DNA of 64,000 nt from IMG/VR virus record IMGVR_UViG_3300032038_000054; one strand, written 5' to 3'. The notes below the pieces were generated by a model. The model searched no databases, had not been told where the DNA came from, and saw only the letters and a program-made list of their open reading frames with translations. Of the stretch, positions 17,725-30,206 are shown in pieces. Made by a program: the position numbers and the translations under genes. This DNA comes from an uncultured virus (IMG/VR IMGVR_UViG_3300032038_000054) (lineage: Duplodnaviria; Heunggongvirae; Uroviricota; Caudoviricetes). How positions within the stretch are numbered: the stretch's first letter is position 1; each line of letters starts with the position of its first letter.

Positions 17725-19931
17725 AAGTTTTCTCCAATCTTAAATCTGCCTACAATAGCTCTTTCTAAGTTTGCGTCCGTTCTATAAGACACTCTTCTTG
17801 CTACAAGTTTACATGAAAAATCCATTCCCATGCTTGTATTAATAGTTTCTTCTTCGATTCTCACTTCATTATCAGCAACATAATTATTCTCAAGATAAAT
17901 CAAATCGTCAGCATCAATTGAAGTATCTCCTCTATAAGTTAAAGAATACTCCACATCATTATCATAATATTCTCTAAGCCATTCTGCTTGTTGATTTGCC
18001 ATTATAGACGAACCTATCAATGGGTTTGTTGATTTCTTTTCAACTCCCGTTTCGTGAATATCAAGAGTATATATATTGTCGGTAACAGTAAAAGGATGCG
18101 CATAAACTTCTATATCCTGCTCCTTATTAGAACTTACAACAATATAATACGCTCCGCTTTCTTTTATAGTACCATTAGAAACCTTGTAGTCGTAGTATGG
18201 CTGTGAGAAAGTCATTGTATTATCTCCGACCACAGCACTAATTGAACCAATAGCCGAACCGTAAGCACCCTCTATGGTTGTAATATCTACGGTTTCCCCG
18301 CCTTCTTCATTCGGTGTGGTGACAATATTAACTCGTGAGTTTCCGCTTTCCGAATCCGTTTTCTCTAAGTCATAAACATAGCTGTGAACATTAATCCTAG
18401 ATACTCGCTCTAAATCATTCACCATAGGAACATTCTTTAATTCATGGTAAGTCAGATTATATCTAACACCACCATCAAGCTCGATGCTGTTTAAATGAAT
18501 CCTCTGATTTGGCGATGCTCCATTAAACGTTATTTCTATTTCATCTACAACCCCGTCATAAGAATAAACAGTTGTAATACTAAGATTTGTTAAAGACTGA
18601 GTATTTACTGCACTTCCAGACCTCTTTGAAACAACTGTTACAGAAGTAGGAATAACTACCGCAAACTTTAAGAAAACTCTCTTAAGGTCAAATTCCGTTT
18701 TAAACGTCATAATTATCTTATGGCTATGCGTAAATGCTCCGTTTGAATTAGCTATCTCGTCAGAAACATAACCTACTTGCCGATACGTTTCATTCTCTGG
18801 CAAAAACAAGAGCGAACCATCTGCGTATACATATTCATGTTCTGCATCAGCATAATTGTACAAAGAATTATCATTAAAAATAGCTGACGGAATAGAATAT
18901 GAAGTAGCACCTTCAAAGAATATATCCTTTATATACTCTGCTCTTGTACCGCTAACGACACAAATATTTCCATCCCTATCCTCATATAATACACTTCTTG
19001 AAGCGTTTGCTATCATCTGCAACGCTTCATTATGAGGACAAATAGGCAACGGATTAGAGAACACTGTTTTTCTTAAAGAAGAATCAATAATGTAATCCTC
19101 TACTCCTGCATCAATTAAAACATTCTCAGTTAAATCATATGCTGAAATACCGTCTTTATAATATTGCCCCTTATAGTAATCTCCCACTAAGAAATTCAGC
19201 TTTCCCGTGCAATTAAATGTTGCTTGGTAATCATCGCTATTCCATGATTTAACAAATACCTTGCCACCTTTAATCGTATAAACAGAGCCGTCAGACATTT
19301 CGTAACCATAATTATATTCAATCATTTGTTGTTCTTGAATGTACTCTGCATAACCATAAGGGTTATCCTTATTAAACAAATGATTTCTATTATCCACGAC
19401 AAGAGTAAACGTCTTTACTGGCAAACTATTAGATATATGACTTACGGCATTGTCTCTTACTGTTGAAATGATTTGCTTGTCAGTAAACTCAAGTTCGATT
19501 CCGAAGTAAACAGTTTTTAATGCGAGTTTACCACTATTAGGGGTTATTTTAATATATGGAGACGACATAAACCCTTCATCATATACTAACTTATTTTCAG
19601 TAATAGCTACCGTATCGCTTTTTGTTCCGTTAGTAACAGTTATAGTCGAAGGCAATGTTCCAGAAAAAACAAGAGTCAATCCCGCAATGTTAAGTTCGTG
19701 ATATTGTCCAAACGTAAATGTAATACTTCCATCACCTTCCGTACTTACAACGCCTTGATAAGAAGAAGGACTATCCTTGTACAATAATTCTTCGCTTCCC
19801 GTAAAAGAAGATGAAATCGAAGCATTCTTTTGAGCGTAGGGATTATACAGCTTTAGCTTTGCAGTAACAGATGTATGTCCTCGCCATCTTTCTTTCATTT
19901 CTTCCTTATATTCATCAGATACATACTGCAT
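17721..19931 (-). CDS. Minor tail / baseplate hub-like protein (736 aa)
   Basis: Context; NPLPICPHNEALQMIANA...YEDRDG and YRGDTSIDADDLI motifs resemble siphophage tail-tip proteins. Confidence 0.65.
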   Translation of the reverse strand: MQYVSDEYKEEMKERWRGHTSVTAKLKLYNPYAQKNASISSSFTGSEELLYKDSPSSYQGVVSTEGDGSITFTFGQYHELNIAGLTLVFSGTLPSTITVTNGTKSDTVAITENKLVYDEGFMSSPYIKITPNSGKLALKTVYFGIELEFTDKQIISTVRDNAVSHISNSLPVKTFTLVVDNRNHLFNKDNPYGYAEYIQEQQMIEYNYGYEMSDGSVYTIKGGKVFVKSWNSDDYQATFNCTGKLNFLVGDYYKGQYYKDGISAYDLTENVLIDAGVEDYIIDSSLRKTVFSNPLPICPHNEALQMIANASRSVLYEDRDGNICVVSGTRAEYIKDIFFEGATSYSIPSAIFNDNSLYNYADAEHEYVYADGSLLFLPENETYRQVGYVSDEIANSNGAFTHSHKIIMTFKTEFDLKRVFLKFAVVIPTSVTVVSKRSGSAVNTQSLTNLSITTVYSYDGVVDEIEITFNGASPNQRIHLNSIELDGGVRYNLTYHELKNVPMVNDLERVSRINVHSYVYDLEKTDSESGNSRVNIVTTPNEEGGETVDITTIEGAYGSAIGSISAVVGDNTMTFSQPYYDYKVSNGTIKESGAYYIVVSSNKEQDIEVYAHPFTVTDNIYTLDIHETGVEKKSTNPLIGSSIMANQQAEWLREYYDNDVEYSLTYRGDTSIDADDLIYLENNYVADNEVRIEEETINTSMGMDFSCKLVARRVSYRTDANLERAIVGRFKIGENL

Positions 19932-19952
19932 TTGAATTCTCCTTATACAGCA

Positions 19953-20438
19953 TCACTCGCCAGTTTTCGCTTCCCATGAATACACAGGAGTTCCGTTGCT
20001 AATAGTAGCTGTTAATACGTATTCGCCATCTTCACCTTCCGCAAGGGGTAGTAGTTTGTCAGAAGAAGCATATCCTACCCATGCGTTCCAATTAGATGCA
20101 TAAGTTCTCATATACAAAGAAGAGTCTTCATTGATTATAAATATCTGTACAACGCCGCTTCCTGTTTCAGCTACAATAAACTTTCCACTTTTCTCAACAG
20201 GCAAATGAGCGATTTCAGAGGCATCTGAATCACTCGCTATATAAAACACTCCTTTTACAGTCATATCATTTACATCAGCGCCCGTCTCGATGCTTTCTCC
20301 CGCTCTTATCATTAAATCGGGAGTCGCACCTCCCATAGTCTCTGTTATAGGCGTTAGTTTTTCTTCAACAAAAGTCTTTATCGCAGTATCTAGTTTTTCC
20401 ATAAATTTCTGCATAAAAGAAAGTGTTATTACCGACAT
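19953..20438 (-). CDS. Knob-domain tail fibre-like protein (161 aa)
   Basis: IETGADVNDMTVKGVFYI...KSGKFIV...VVQIFI resembles the repeats in the 1030-aa fibre. Confidence 0.6.
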   Translation of the reverse strand: MSVITLSFMQKFMEKLDTAIKTFVEEKLTPITETMGGATPDLMIRAGESIETGADVNDMTVKGVFYIASDSDASEIAHLPVEKSGKFIVAETGSGVVQIFIINEDSSLYMRTYASNWNAWVGYASSDKLLPLAEGEDGEYVLTATISNGTPVYSWEAKTGE

Positions 20439-20478
20439 AGTTACCTCTTTTCTTTAATCTAACATTTGCTCTCTCAAT

Positions 20479-20507
20479 ATTATATTACAGTTTACCTTTA
20501 TTATCAA
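20479..20507 (-). promoter_or_regulatory. Sigma-A-type promoter for the second tail block
   Basis: Minus strand TTGATA-17 nt-TATAAT. Confidence 0.7.
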
Positions 20508-20509
20508 AG

Positions 20510-20533
20510 AAAAAGAGTAGCTTTCGCTACTCT
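20510..20533 (-). terminator. Intrinsic terminator ending the middle-gene block
   Basis: Minus strand AGAGTAGC-GAAA-GCTACTCT-TTTT. Confidence 0.85.
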
Positions 20534-20623
20534 AACCCTTACTTCTTTTTCGGAACTTTCTGTTCACCAGTTACCTTATTGACTCTTACTATCTGTCCTT
20601 TATTAGAGTCGCTTTTCTTTTCT

Positions 20624-20917
20624 CTACTTGTTGTTGTCTGAGTAATCTTCGCTTTTTGCCCCATACATCACATCTCCATTTCCGATTATGTTTACACCAC
20701 TTCCGTCTTGCTGAGCATCAATAGTTGTAGTTGTTTGAACGCATTGCCACTGGCACTCATACCATATCCACCCTATGTTTGTTGCTATAAGGCATAGTAT
20801 TAACGCCAATATCACAATCCATAATTTCATTACAAATCGTTCCATTCTAGCTTGTGAGCTTTCAAAAGCCAAATAAGATACGTTTAAAGACTCAGCTTTT
20901 TCTTTTTCATTGCTCAT
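20624..20917 (-). CDS. Single-TM hypothetical protein
   Basis: GGAGG RBS before MSNEK; TM segment LWIVILALILCLIATNIGWIW. Confidence 0.7.
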   Translation of the reverse strand: MSNEKEKAESLNVSYLAFESSQARMERFVMKLWIVILALILCLIATNIGWIWYECQWQCVQTTTTIDAQQDGSGVNIIGNGDVMYGAKSEDYSDNNK

Positions 20918-20949
20918 ATTAACACAGTACCTCCAATTTATCAATCTTT

Positions 20950-21384
20950 TTAGTGCGCATCTGGTATTAATTTTATTCCCGTAACCTCTTCAAGACGGTC
21001 AACAATGTCTTCTGTATTATACCCCATATTGGAATATTTTACGATTTTTTTATTTACTCTTTCAAATAAAGACATTACCTGTCCATGCTCATTATCTTCC
21101 GACTCTTTCCAATTATAATCTTCTATCATCGTCATGCCAAGACACGCAAAGAAATGTATGTAATTAGAGTCTACTGCTTTCTGATACTCTTCATACGCCT
21201 TATAATCAAGATGCTTTTGTGCATGAGCCATTATTGTCTCAACCTTGCCAAGTGACTTCTCTAACCTTCGTCTCTGACTACGATTTCCACCCTTCGCATT
21301 TATTATATTGGCAACATCGCCTATCACATCATCCGTCATGTAATTCTTTCTATTAAGAACATTTAAACTGCTATACTTATTCAT
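20950..21384 (-). CDS. Hypothetical protein (144 aa)
   Basis: ORF track; GAGGAG RBS. Confidence 0.75.
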   Translation of the reverse strand: MNKYSSLNVLNRKNYMTDDVIGDVANIINAKGGNRSQRRRLEKSLGKVETIMAHAQKHLDYKAYEEYQKAVDSNYIHFFACLGMTMIEDYNWKESEDNEHGQVMSLFERVNKKIVKYSNMGYNTEDIVDRLEEVTGIKLIPDAH

Positions 21385-21549
21385 GTCTGCTCCTCTTCAT
21401 AATATATCAACTCCACAATTTCCATAGGCGATACCCACGTTCCGTCCTTCACAGTATCTAATTTTATAATATCTGCTTTAGGGATTCTGTTTTTGTTCAA
21501 ATAAACGATAGCATCATCCATTCCTTGAAAAACAACTCTCTTATACAAT

Positions 21550-21864
21550 TCATCCTCCTTCCAAGCGTTCTTTTATATAAACATACGCTTTTCTTAATGC
21601 CAACCAGTTATTAGTTTCCGTTTTCGAGAACAAACTAGGAATATCACCATACTTTCTCTTAACCCATTCATAATACCATTTTGCCTTGGCTATGTCTTGT
21701 TCTTTAGGGTTATTCTGTTTTTCTCCTGCTCTGTACAAATACTTATAAGCATTTGTCAAACAGAATGAGATTGCCATTTCCAAACCAAAATCATCAACCA
21801 TTTCATCAATACATTCTTTCTTTCCTTTTACATTATAATGCGCAGGATGGTCTACGTTGTTCAT
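21550..21864 (-). CDS. DUF3310 (SaV-like) phage protein
   Basis: NVDHPAHY...ECID...FCLTNAYKYLYRAGEK...DIAKAKWY. Confidence 0.85.
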   Translation of the reverse strand: MNNVDHPAHYNVKGKKECIDEMVDDFGLEMAISFCLTNAYKYLYRAGEKQNNPKEQDIAKAKWYYEWVKRKYGDIPSLFSKTETNNWLALRKAYVYIKERLEGG

Positions 21865-24800
21865 CTTTTCCTCCTATGTATCTTGCTCTACAAGCTCTCC
21901 TTGAATGCATCTTTTTCTTAGTATATATATCCGAATACTTTCTGAAATAACCTTCTATATTATACAAGAAAACTAAGTCTTTACCGCATTTCTCATCATG
22001 TTTCAACATTGATATTAAATCCTTGATGGGAATTGCCCTATCTATAATATTGTTCTCGTCTACCACATAATCATCATCCATGCTTCTATTCCCCTTTAAC
22101 TAAAATAATAACCCTTTTCCTTTATTTCTTCCCACTCTTTTGCAATAAATAATTCATCAATCATGCTTCTTTTTTCACCGCATCTAATAATTGCGGTAAC
22201 ACGATAAAATTCAGCGCCCTTCTTACCATTACCCATAATTTTTTCTTCGCTTATAATCTTATCCACATAATATTTTAATATACTCATTTATTTCCCCTAC
22301 CATCTTCCGAAAGCCATACGGATTTCATTATAGATAGTGCATCTTCCATAGCCTTTTTATACTGCGGATTATCTGAATTATAGACAGCCAATGAAACTTT
22401 AGACATAGCATCTAATGCTTTATTCTGAAATTCTAAGCTTACTACATTATAACCACGCTCGTATTGCTGTCTATCATACTTTAAAGCTTTGACAAGTTCA
22501 TCCCTATCAACCTTTATATCCAATGATGAAATCATTTTAAAAACATTATCCTCAACCCAAGAATTATAGGTATTGCTCACCTCTTTATGTATTAAGGTTA
22601 TCGGACTTTCGTATTGCTCCGCAGGAATAAGGTAATCGCTATTAAAAACCTTAGAAAAATCAATATTATAGTTACTCATATCTCCCCTCCCAATATTTCG
22701 GCTCTCGATGAGTCGTCAAATTATTTTTAATCGCTTATCAATATTATATTTGATGAATGTGTAAGATATGTTTTTCCATTTTTATCCGTCACTTGAATGA
22801 TGCCATCGCATCCCGACCATGCTGAAATTTCAATCTCGCCATATCCTTCTATGACAGCCTTATTATATGTATTACTGCACGCTAATCGCTCATTACAACC
22901 AGTCAGCAGAAGACCAATTAACACAATGATAATTCCCTTTTTCATGCTATCACCTCTTATTCATATCATCATCAATCCATTTAGTTATAGCCACAGCCAT
23001 TATCAAAATTCCAATGCTTATAATTATTCTTATCATGTGAAACCCTTTATCTTTTCGCAAACAACTCTCTCAGAATAGGACATTTACCACTTTCGATTAT
23101 TCTTCCGCAAGCACCTAACTCGCCACCGCAAACAGTAACTCCATGACAATCTTTCTTCCACTCGCAATTATTAATCGCGTCATCTATTTGCTTTTGCGTT
23201 ATCTCCATTGTCACTCCTCTTTGATTAAAAATCACCATCAAGCTTAAGTCTAATTTCATTAAGCTCTCTTCTAAGCTTTACGATATCTGACTGAATAACA
23301 GTTCGCTTTCCATAAAAGAAAACTGACGTTTCGCTTAGCTCTCTTTTTGCAAGCTCGATAATTCTATCAAGCGATTCTCTGCAATACGTTAGGTCTTTCA
23401 TAATTTCTTTCTTGCTTGCACTCATTTTAATCCTCCTCATCGCATGACTTACCTAATATTTTTGTCATAAACTCTGGCTCTTTTAAAGTCAAATTTCTAT
23501 ACATCTGTTCTGCCTTATCTCCCGTGATTACTTTTACAATATTTATTGAAGGGTTAAAGCCTAAGCCATATCCTTCTCTTCCAACCACCAACACAGGAAC
23601 ATCTTCTTGTGATTTATCATATGTCACTATCAATTTCTCACTCATTTATTGATTCTCCTTTCGTAATATCAAGACTTCCTTACAAAAACAATGTTACCCT
23701 ATAAGGGCAACATTGTCAACACGTTTCTTCCATTATTTCTAAATATTACATGTCGCTTTCTGTTGTTTTGGAAATCCCGATTAAAGAATATAGCTTCTCT
23801 CTTACGAGACCTATTTGTTCATCTATATAGCCCTTTAATCTTACTTCCCTACTTTCATTAAACCATTTAGCTTTAAATTTTGTAAGTGTTTCTCTATAGC
23901 CATCCTCTGATATATCACCGCTTTGCCACCACTCTAAATCATGTAGTACATCACACAAATCTTCTATCAAATCATTCATTTCAGCATCATACATTTGGTT
24001 TCCGCATTCACATCTTAATCTGTTGTATATGTAATTATAACTTCCTCCGCTCATTTTACCCTCCTTAATAAGCTTCATTATCAGATTTTCATTGGCTTAT
24101 TCCTGTCTAGTGTTTTGTACAATTCTCTTCGCTTCTTCTTTTGCTTTCGCAACTCCATCAATAAAGCCTAATCGGTATGCATCCCACTCCGAATCTGAAT
24201 ACTTTAACAGGTCTCCCTGTTTTTTCCATGGAGCGGAAATATTAATATCATGTATTTTTACCCTAACAACATCATTACTCAAAGCTTTCTTTGCAATTTC
24301 AGCTTCTTCTTCAAGTCTTTTCAATTCGATATCATTTTTTGATGCTATATATGTCATGCCTAATACTACCACTCCGACTATCACAACTACTATTACTATT
24401 GTTATTGCCATAAAATACATTTCCTCACCTCCTTATTTACTTAAATCAATTCCAAAAGCATTAGTTTTTACATACACTTTCCCGTTTACATCTTGAAAAA
24501 TAGGCTCAGTGCATCCGTATTCAATAAGCTCATATCCATCCTTGATTATGTTGTCGTGACTATCTGAGATATAAGCTATCAACTCATTGGTATTTGCATC
24601 TACAACGCATCTGTTCATTCTTTACTCGCCTCCTTTATCTGTTTTAATCCCCATATTTTTCAGCAAAAATACTTGCTATATTCCATCCAATGTTGTCTGT
24701 AATCTTTTCTGCCAATTCTTTTGAAGCTAAAGAAGATGCAAGTTTCGGTATATCAATCATACTTTCATTTACTCTTTTATACACCTCAACATTTACCGCC

Positions 24801-24922
24801 TTTATAATAGCATCACGAATAAAATATTTGTTTGAAGGTTCTCCAAACCAAGTTTTCACTCGCTCATTAACTGCCTTCTTAATTAACTGTTCTATCTGCT
24901 CATTACTAATTTCTACATTCAT
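21833..24922 (-). other. Run of about 12 short, tightly packed hypothetical genes, including a probable lipoprotein at 22727..22945
   Basis: ORFs 21833, 22096, 22284, 22727 (LLLTGC lipobox), 23047, 23225, 23427, 23746, 24097, 24433, 24644 with GGAGG-type RBSs. Confidence 0.7.
23688..23719 (-). promoter_or_regulatory. Promoter-operator repeat, copy 1
   Basis: TTGACA-17-TAACAT; palindrome ACAATGTTACCCT-n3-AGGGCAACATTGT. Confidence 0.75.
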
Positions 24923-25018
24923 TCTTTCACCTCGTTCATCTGCTTCAATACTTCGGCTATTTGTGGATAGTTTTTACCAGTTTTAACCCAATAGTCATTG
25001 AATGTATGCTTGTCTATA

Positions 25019-26506
25019 GTGAACTACCCACCACCTAAAGGAAGTGGGCTTCGTAGAGCCATTCGGCTCTTTTTAAGAAGTTTGATATTTAAGCTTCCAC
25101 CTGATTTATCAGGCAATCCTTATTCTTACGGGCGTGTCCACCTCGCCCCTAGCGTATAGTCCGTCTAAGGACACAACGTTACTTTTACGTAGGATATTAA
25201 GCGCTCCATTTATATCAGCATTAAGACATTTACCATTCTTACATTGATACATTCCTCTGTGAATTCTATTGCCGCTAAATATATATGTTTTTGGATTATC
25301 ATTATTGTAAATTGGAAGTTCATCTTTATCCCAGAATGAGGATTTAGATGTATAGCTTTCTTCCTGTTTTACAAACACAATACTATTTAACTCACATAGA
25401 TATTCTAATTTAAAGCGCAATTGACCGTAAGGGATATTTACAAAATTTTGATTATTTGCTTTTCCCATATCAACATTGCGTTGGAATGTCTCATTATAGC
25501 CAACTACGAGAGTTCCTATATTATTAGATATACAATAGTCTATGATTTTACGAGCAGTCTTGTTCATATAATCATTAACCTTATTGTTTCTATTTCTGGT
25601 ATTAGCTTTTTGTCTGTTAGTTGGTCTATATCCCAAACGCTGTTTGTCTTTAATTGACTGTAACTGAGCATTACGCTTGTTATACCACTGATTGATAGAT
25701 TTAAGTCTCTTTCCATCTATGATGAATGACTTACCTTCACTTGATACAGCAGTTACAAGATTATTTATACCTAAGTCTAAAGCTAGTGCATTGTTTTGAT
25801 TTAGATTTCCTTGAATATTTTCAGCTTCATATATGTACTGGATTTCAAAGAACCTAGCGTTTGCCTTTGGTATTATGCGTATCTCTTTAACTTTTTTATC
25901 AACTAAAATCGGTGGTATTGTAATCTCTACACTTTTATGGGTCTTCTTATAAGTGTTTGAAAATGGAAGTATTAACTTATTTCCATTTAGCCTTACAAAA
26001 CCAATCACAAGAGTAGCATATCCATCTTTCGGAAGATAATTAGGTAATTTACAATCTTTAAAAGCATACTTACCTTTTTTAGCAAGCTTCAGTAAACCAA
26101 AGAATGACTTGAAGCTGCCATCTACTTCTTTAAGTATCTGCTGAGCCATATTTGAGTTGAGTAATTTATAGTTTTCAGATGACTTTAAAAGAGCGTAGTT
26201 CTTCTCATAGTTTAGATACTCGCCTTCATTGAGGTAGTATTGTCTTACATTGTAGATTGCCTGATTAGTTAAGTTCTTTGCTATATGGCAAAGTTCCTTG
26301 ATTGATTTATAGTCTTCTTTTGACAGATGTTTAACCTGTTGTTTTACTGCAAGATACATAAGCTTTCTCCTTTCTATAGATTTAGGATTATCCTATGTAT
26401 ATATTATATCATATTTTACTAAAAAATACCATTTTCAGTAAAATAACAGTCTATGAGGCGGCATTCATCCCACCACTCAAGAGTAGTGTTTTTCTGCCTC
26501 GTTTCT
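25019..26506 (-). mobile_element. Non-autonomous IS200/IS605-family element 2 (tnpB only), inserted in a small gene
   Basis: Left end after TTTAT with an imperfect hairpin; right end CCCACTTCCTTTAGGTGGTGGGTAGTTCAC; removing it restores an ORF from 26526 to 24919. Confidence 0.8.
25109..26359 (-). CDS. tnpB: RNA-guided endonuclease TnpB (copy 2; variant without the Cys zinc ribbon)
   Basis: ALDLGINN, QEESYTSK, NADINGA. Confidence 0.92.
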   Translation of the reverse strand: MYLAVKQQVKHLSKEDYKSIKELCHIAKNLTNQAIYNVRQYYLNEGEYLNYEKNYALLKSSENYKLLNSNMAQQILKEVDGSFKSFFGLLKLAKKGKYAFKDCKLPNYLPKDGYATLVIGFVRLNGNKLILPFSNTYKKTHKSVEITIPPILVDKKVKEIRIIPKANARFFEIQYIYEAENIQGNLNQNNALALDLGINNLVTAVSSEGKSFIIDGKRLKSINQWYNKRNAQLQSIKDKQRLGYRPTNRQKANTRNRNNKVNDYMNKTARKIIDYCISNNIGTLVVGYNETFQRNVDMGKANNQNFVNIPYGQLRFKLEYLCELNSIVFVKQEESYTSKSSFWDKDELPIYNNDNPKTYIFSGNRIHRGMYQCKNGKCLNADINGALNILRKSNVVSLDGLYARGEVDTPVRIRIA

Positions 26507-28120
26507 ATAAATTCACGCTTTGCCATCAATCCCACCCCTTCATCTTCTTGATTATCTTTTTAACCCAATCGGGCAACGCACATTTCCATATAGGCACATC
26601 AAACTCATAGTTGAAGCAACAGCCGCAGTCCTCACACTCTCCCTCGTATGAGAAGCTATCCCACCCCATGATGCAATCCTCACAGCACCTATCTATGCCG
26701 AAATACTTCTTTTGTTTGCCGTTTTTCACTTCGTTCCAACTGAACAGCTCTAAAACCCCGATTTTCATTCTTCCTGTCCTCCTTTATATGGTGCGTTCCA
26801 ATCGCTTTCTGATAATAGATTGTCTATCTCTTCACACAAATGCTCGTATGCCCAATGATATCCTCTATCTACTGCATTAAGCGGTTCTCCACCGTTATCA
26901 TCATCTCGTGCTTCCATCCTTCTTTTTAATCTTTCAAGATAGGGCTTAACTATATCCTGCTCAGAAAAAGAATGAATACGCCCTATCTGAGCTTTAAATG
27001 CTATATCCTCATAATGGATGCTGTCTCCTTGTAATATAGGTGCTATCGGTGCGTTAACATATACAATTTCTCTTGTTTCTATAAATTCACGCTTTGCCAT
27101 TCCTTATCCCTCACTTTCTACCTTTTCTAAGTTAGCCCCGCACTCTGGACAACATCCGTCATCAGCCTTTATGGTTGGCAACTCGTTAATTGCCTTCACC
27201 ACGACAGGCTCTCTGCTTACATACACGGTTGTTTTCCACCATCTTCTTATTAGTTCTAAAACCTCTTTTTTGTTTACATATTCTTCCATTCCTCATCTCT
27301 CACTTTCTACCTGCTCATAGCATTCACAAATATTCCTCTTACCATCATCTCCAAATGGGTAAGATACTGTTTTCCCTAGTTCGCAATACGGGTATAACAT
27401 ATGGCTAAAATATTTAAGTCTGTCATCTTTAACCACTTCATATCTTACGTGTTTGCATTTTTCTGATACGCAATTCATACACCCTCGCTTTCTGCTTTGT
27501 ACTTGTCAAGAATCTGCATAACTTCATCAAGTAGTAAAACTTCTTCTGTCTTTCCATCAATTCTGCCAACATACCATTTTCCATGGCTCGATTTTTTTAT
27601 CTCTGCTCTTATCTTGTCAAGCACTTCACGTTCAATGTATTTCTGCTTGATAACTGAATAAAGGTCTATCTCTATCATAGGCTTAAACGATTCTTTATCC
27701 GATACCGTCGCGCCCTCTGTAAGCGCTGTGATGATATAATTCGCAAAGGCAGGTTCAAAAGCCTTTTCTATCTCTTCTATTGCTTCTTCTCTTGTCATTC
27801 TTCTACCTCATACTTTATATGTCTACCGTTATCACTCCCACATCTTCCACACCAACTATTAAAAGTATACAAATTCATTTCGTTTTTATGATGTATAACA
27901 TTTCCGCAACGTGAACACTTATATCTATCATCTTCTTGCTCTGATAAATCAGACATTCTAAGCCATTCACCCTTTCTTGGCTCTTGCTCTAATGCCTTGA
28001 GCAACTCGTTAACCTTGATAAATGTAGCCTTACGATACGGCACTGATTTAGCTTGCTTGAGATTGTAAATTGCTTCGCGGTATGTCATGTTTTCGGCGTA
28101 CTTTTCAGCCTCTTCTCTTG

Positions 28121-28714
28121 TCATCCTTCTCCCTCACTTTCTGCCTTATATGGTTGCGGTAATGGCATCCAAGCTATTACTTTTTCGCCTGTTGGAACCT
28201 CTTCCCACTCTCCAGATACGTGTGAATACCACACAACCTCAAGGCATACGCAACCATCTTCTTTATCTACCAATGTAACAAGAAACATTCTGTTTTCTTC
28301 GGGTAATCTCTCACTAACAGGAATCCATCTAGGCTCTTGCTTAATACCTTTTGTAACCATATCAAAACTATCTATAATTCGATTGGCTTCGTCATTTGTC
28401 GGGAGAAAATCAAGCTCGTTGTAAACGTCGTGCATAAAATCTTCTCTTGCGTCGTCCAAGCTCCATGTATTAGGTTCTTGTGGTGTTACTGGCGGCAATT
28501 CATTTACTAACTTGTCTATGTCTCTACAATTCCACCAATGATTTTGAATAATCGTAATCACGGATTTTCTACTTACCGCATCCTCGCAAGGCTCTCGCTC
28601 TAATGCCTTGCACGCCTCATAAAGTGCTTCTTTGATAGGATGTTTGCTTTGACATTCATTCTCCCAAGTCCGCAATTCTTCGTTTAGCCACAGTATTGCT
28701 TCTTCCCTTGTCAT
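28121..28714 (-). CDS. Multi-module protein with a C-terminal DUF551-like domain
   Basis: WIPVSERLPE...VIAWMPLPQPY. Confidence 0.75.
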   Translation of the reverse strand: MTREEAILWLNEELRTWENECQSKHPIKEALYEACKALEREPCEDAVSRKSVITIIQNHWWNCRDIDKLVNELPPVTPQEPNTWSLDDAREDFMHDVYNELDFLPTNDEANRIIDSFDMVTKGIKQEPRWIPVSERLPEENRMFLVTLVDKEDGCVCLEVVWYSHVSGEWEEVPTGEKVIAWMPLPQPYKAESEGEG

Positions 28715-30206
28715 TTTCTCTCCTCACTTTCTGGCTTTAATTCATTGATTTTCTGTTGGATAATCTCTTGTACTTGCCATTTAGAAATGCAATCAGATGA
28801 AGCATAATCACATATAGGTGCATCTAAATCTTCTATGTCATTCCATAGAAATCTAAGCATAGCCACCATATCAGCATTCAAGCGGTTTTCGTAATCTTTT
28901 TTAAAAGAATCATAGGCTTCCGTAAACGCATCTAGCTTAACTCGTTCTAACGCAGATGCCTGTTGTACTACGGTAATCCATGCTTTTGTAATATCCACTC
29001 CGTATAAAACATAGTTTTTTGCATAAGCATAAGCCGTCTCTAATACCATTGTTGATTCTTCTGATAATTTATCTAATAATTGCCGTCTAACATTATCATC
29101 CGTCTTCTTTTTCATCTTCACACACTCCGCATTTCTTTAGTATTTCATCTAATCTTGTTAAGCTGATATTGATAAATCCCTCATGCTCATATTTCATCAT
29201 TTCTTGAATTGCTTTATATACATTGTCTTTTGGGATTGCTTCTACTGTTCCTTTTTCACTTACAAAATACTCGATATTACTTCTAGTGATTTCATCTATC
29301 GCATCATTTCCGAAATAATCGAATAATACGTCAATATCAATCAATCTCCCCATCTTCCATCACCTCTAATATCCTTCTTTCAATGTCGCTCATTTCGCCA
29401 AAGGATAATTTTTTTAATGAATCGGCTATTTCTTCTATCTTCTGATATTTGTGCATGGTATCTTTGGCTGTCTGCAATGCTTCAATCATATCTGAATAGG
29501 CTTTATTAAGTGATGTGCTTGCTGTCCATGTTCCTCTAACTCCTGTTCCGACAACCTCTCCACTAGACACGTTTTCATCTATCAGCTTTTGATATGCGCC
29601 AATAGAAAAATCTAATTTATGTATGCAATCATCAATCGTCATTCCCATCTTCTATCACCTCTTTGATTTTATTCACCAATATCATTGCATTTTCATCATC
29701 ATCCCATGCTTTTACAATCTGTTCTATCTTCTGATGCTTACGCATGATATCTATTGCTATTTTAAATGCTTCGGATATATAAATTGCTCTTGGCTCTCTT
29801 CTTTGATGTATATAGTTATGGTTGTCTATCCGTCTAATAGCTTCGTCAATTGCCATTCCCATCATTATTTCTCACTCAGCTTTCCATATTATCAAAAATG
29901 TCTGCAACTAACTGAATTGCATCTTCTTGTGCCTTATCATCTTGATAAATATATTCACCTCCACATTCTTCTGCCAATGGGTGTTTTTCTACATATCCTG
30001 CTATAAGTGCTTTAATTTCTTCCATATCGTAAATCATTCCTTATCCTCACTTTCTCTCTTTAACTCTCTGCATTGAACTTTATCCCACTCTTGGCAAAAT
30101 GAACTATCATTTGAATTATCAAACTCAAATTTGGCTCCTTCAATAGCTTCTTCTTTGTTATTTGCCATTTTTGTATACTCTTTTATTAACTTGACTTTAT
30201 ATGTTT

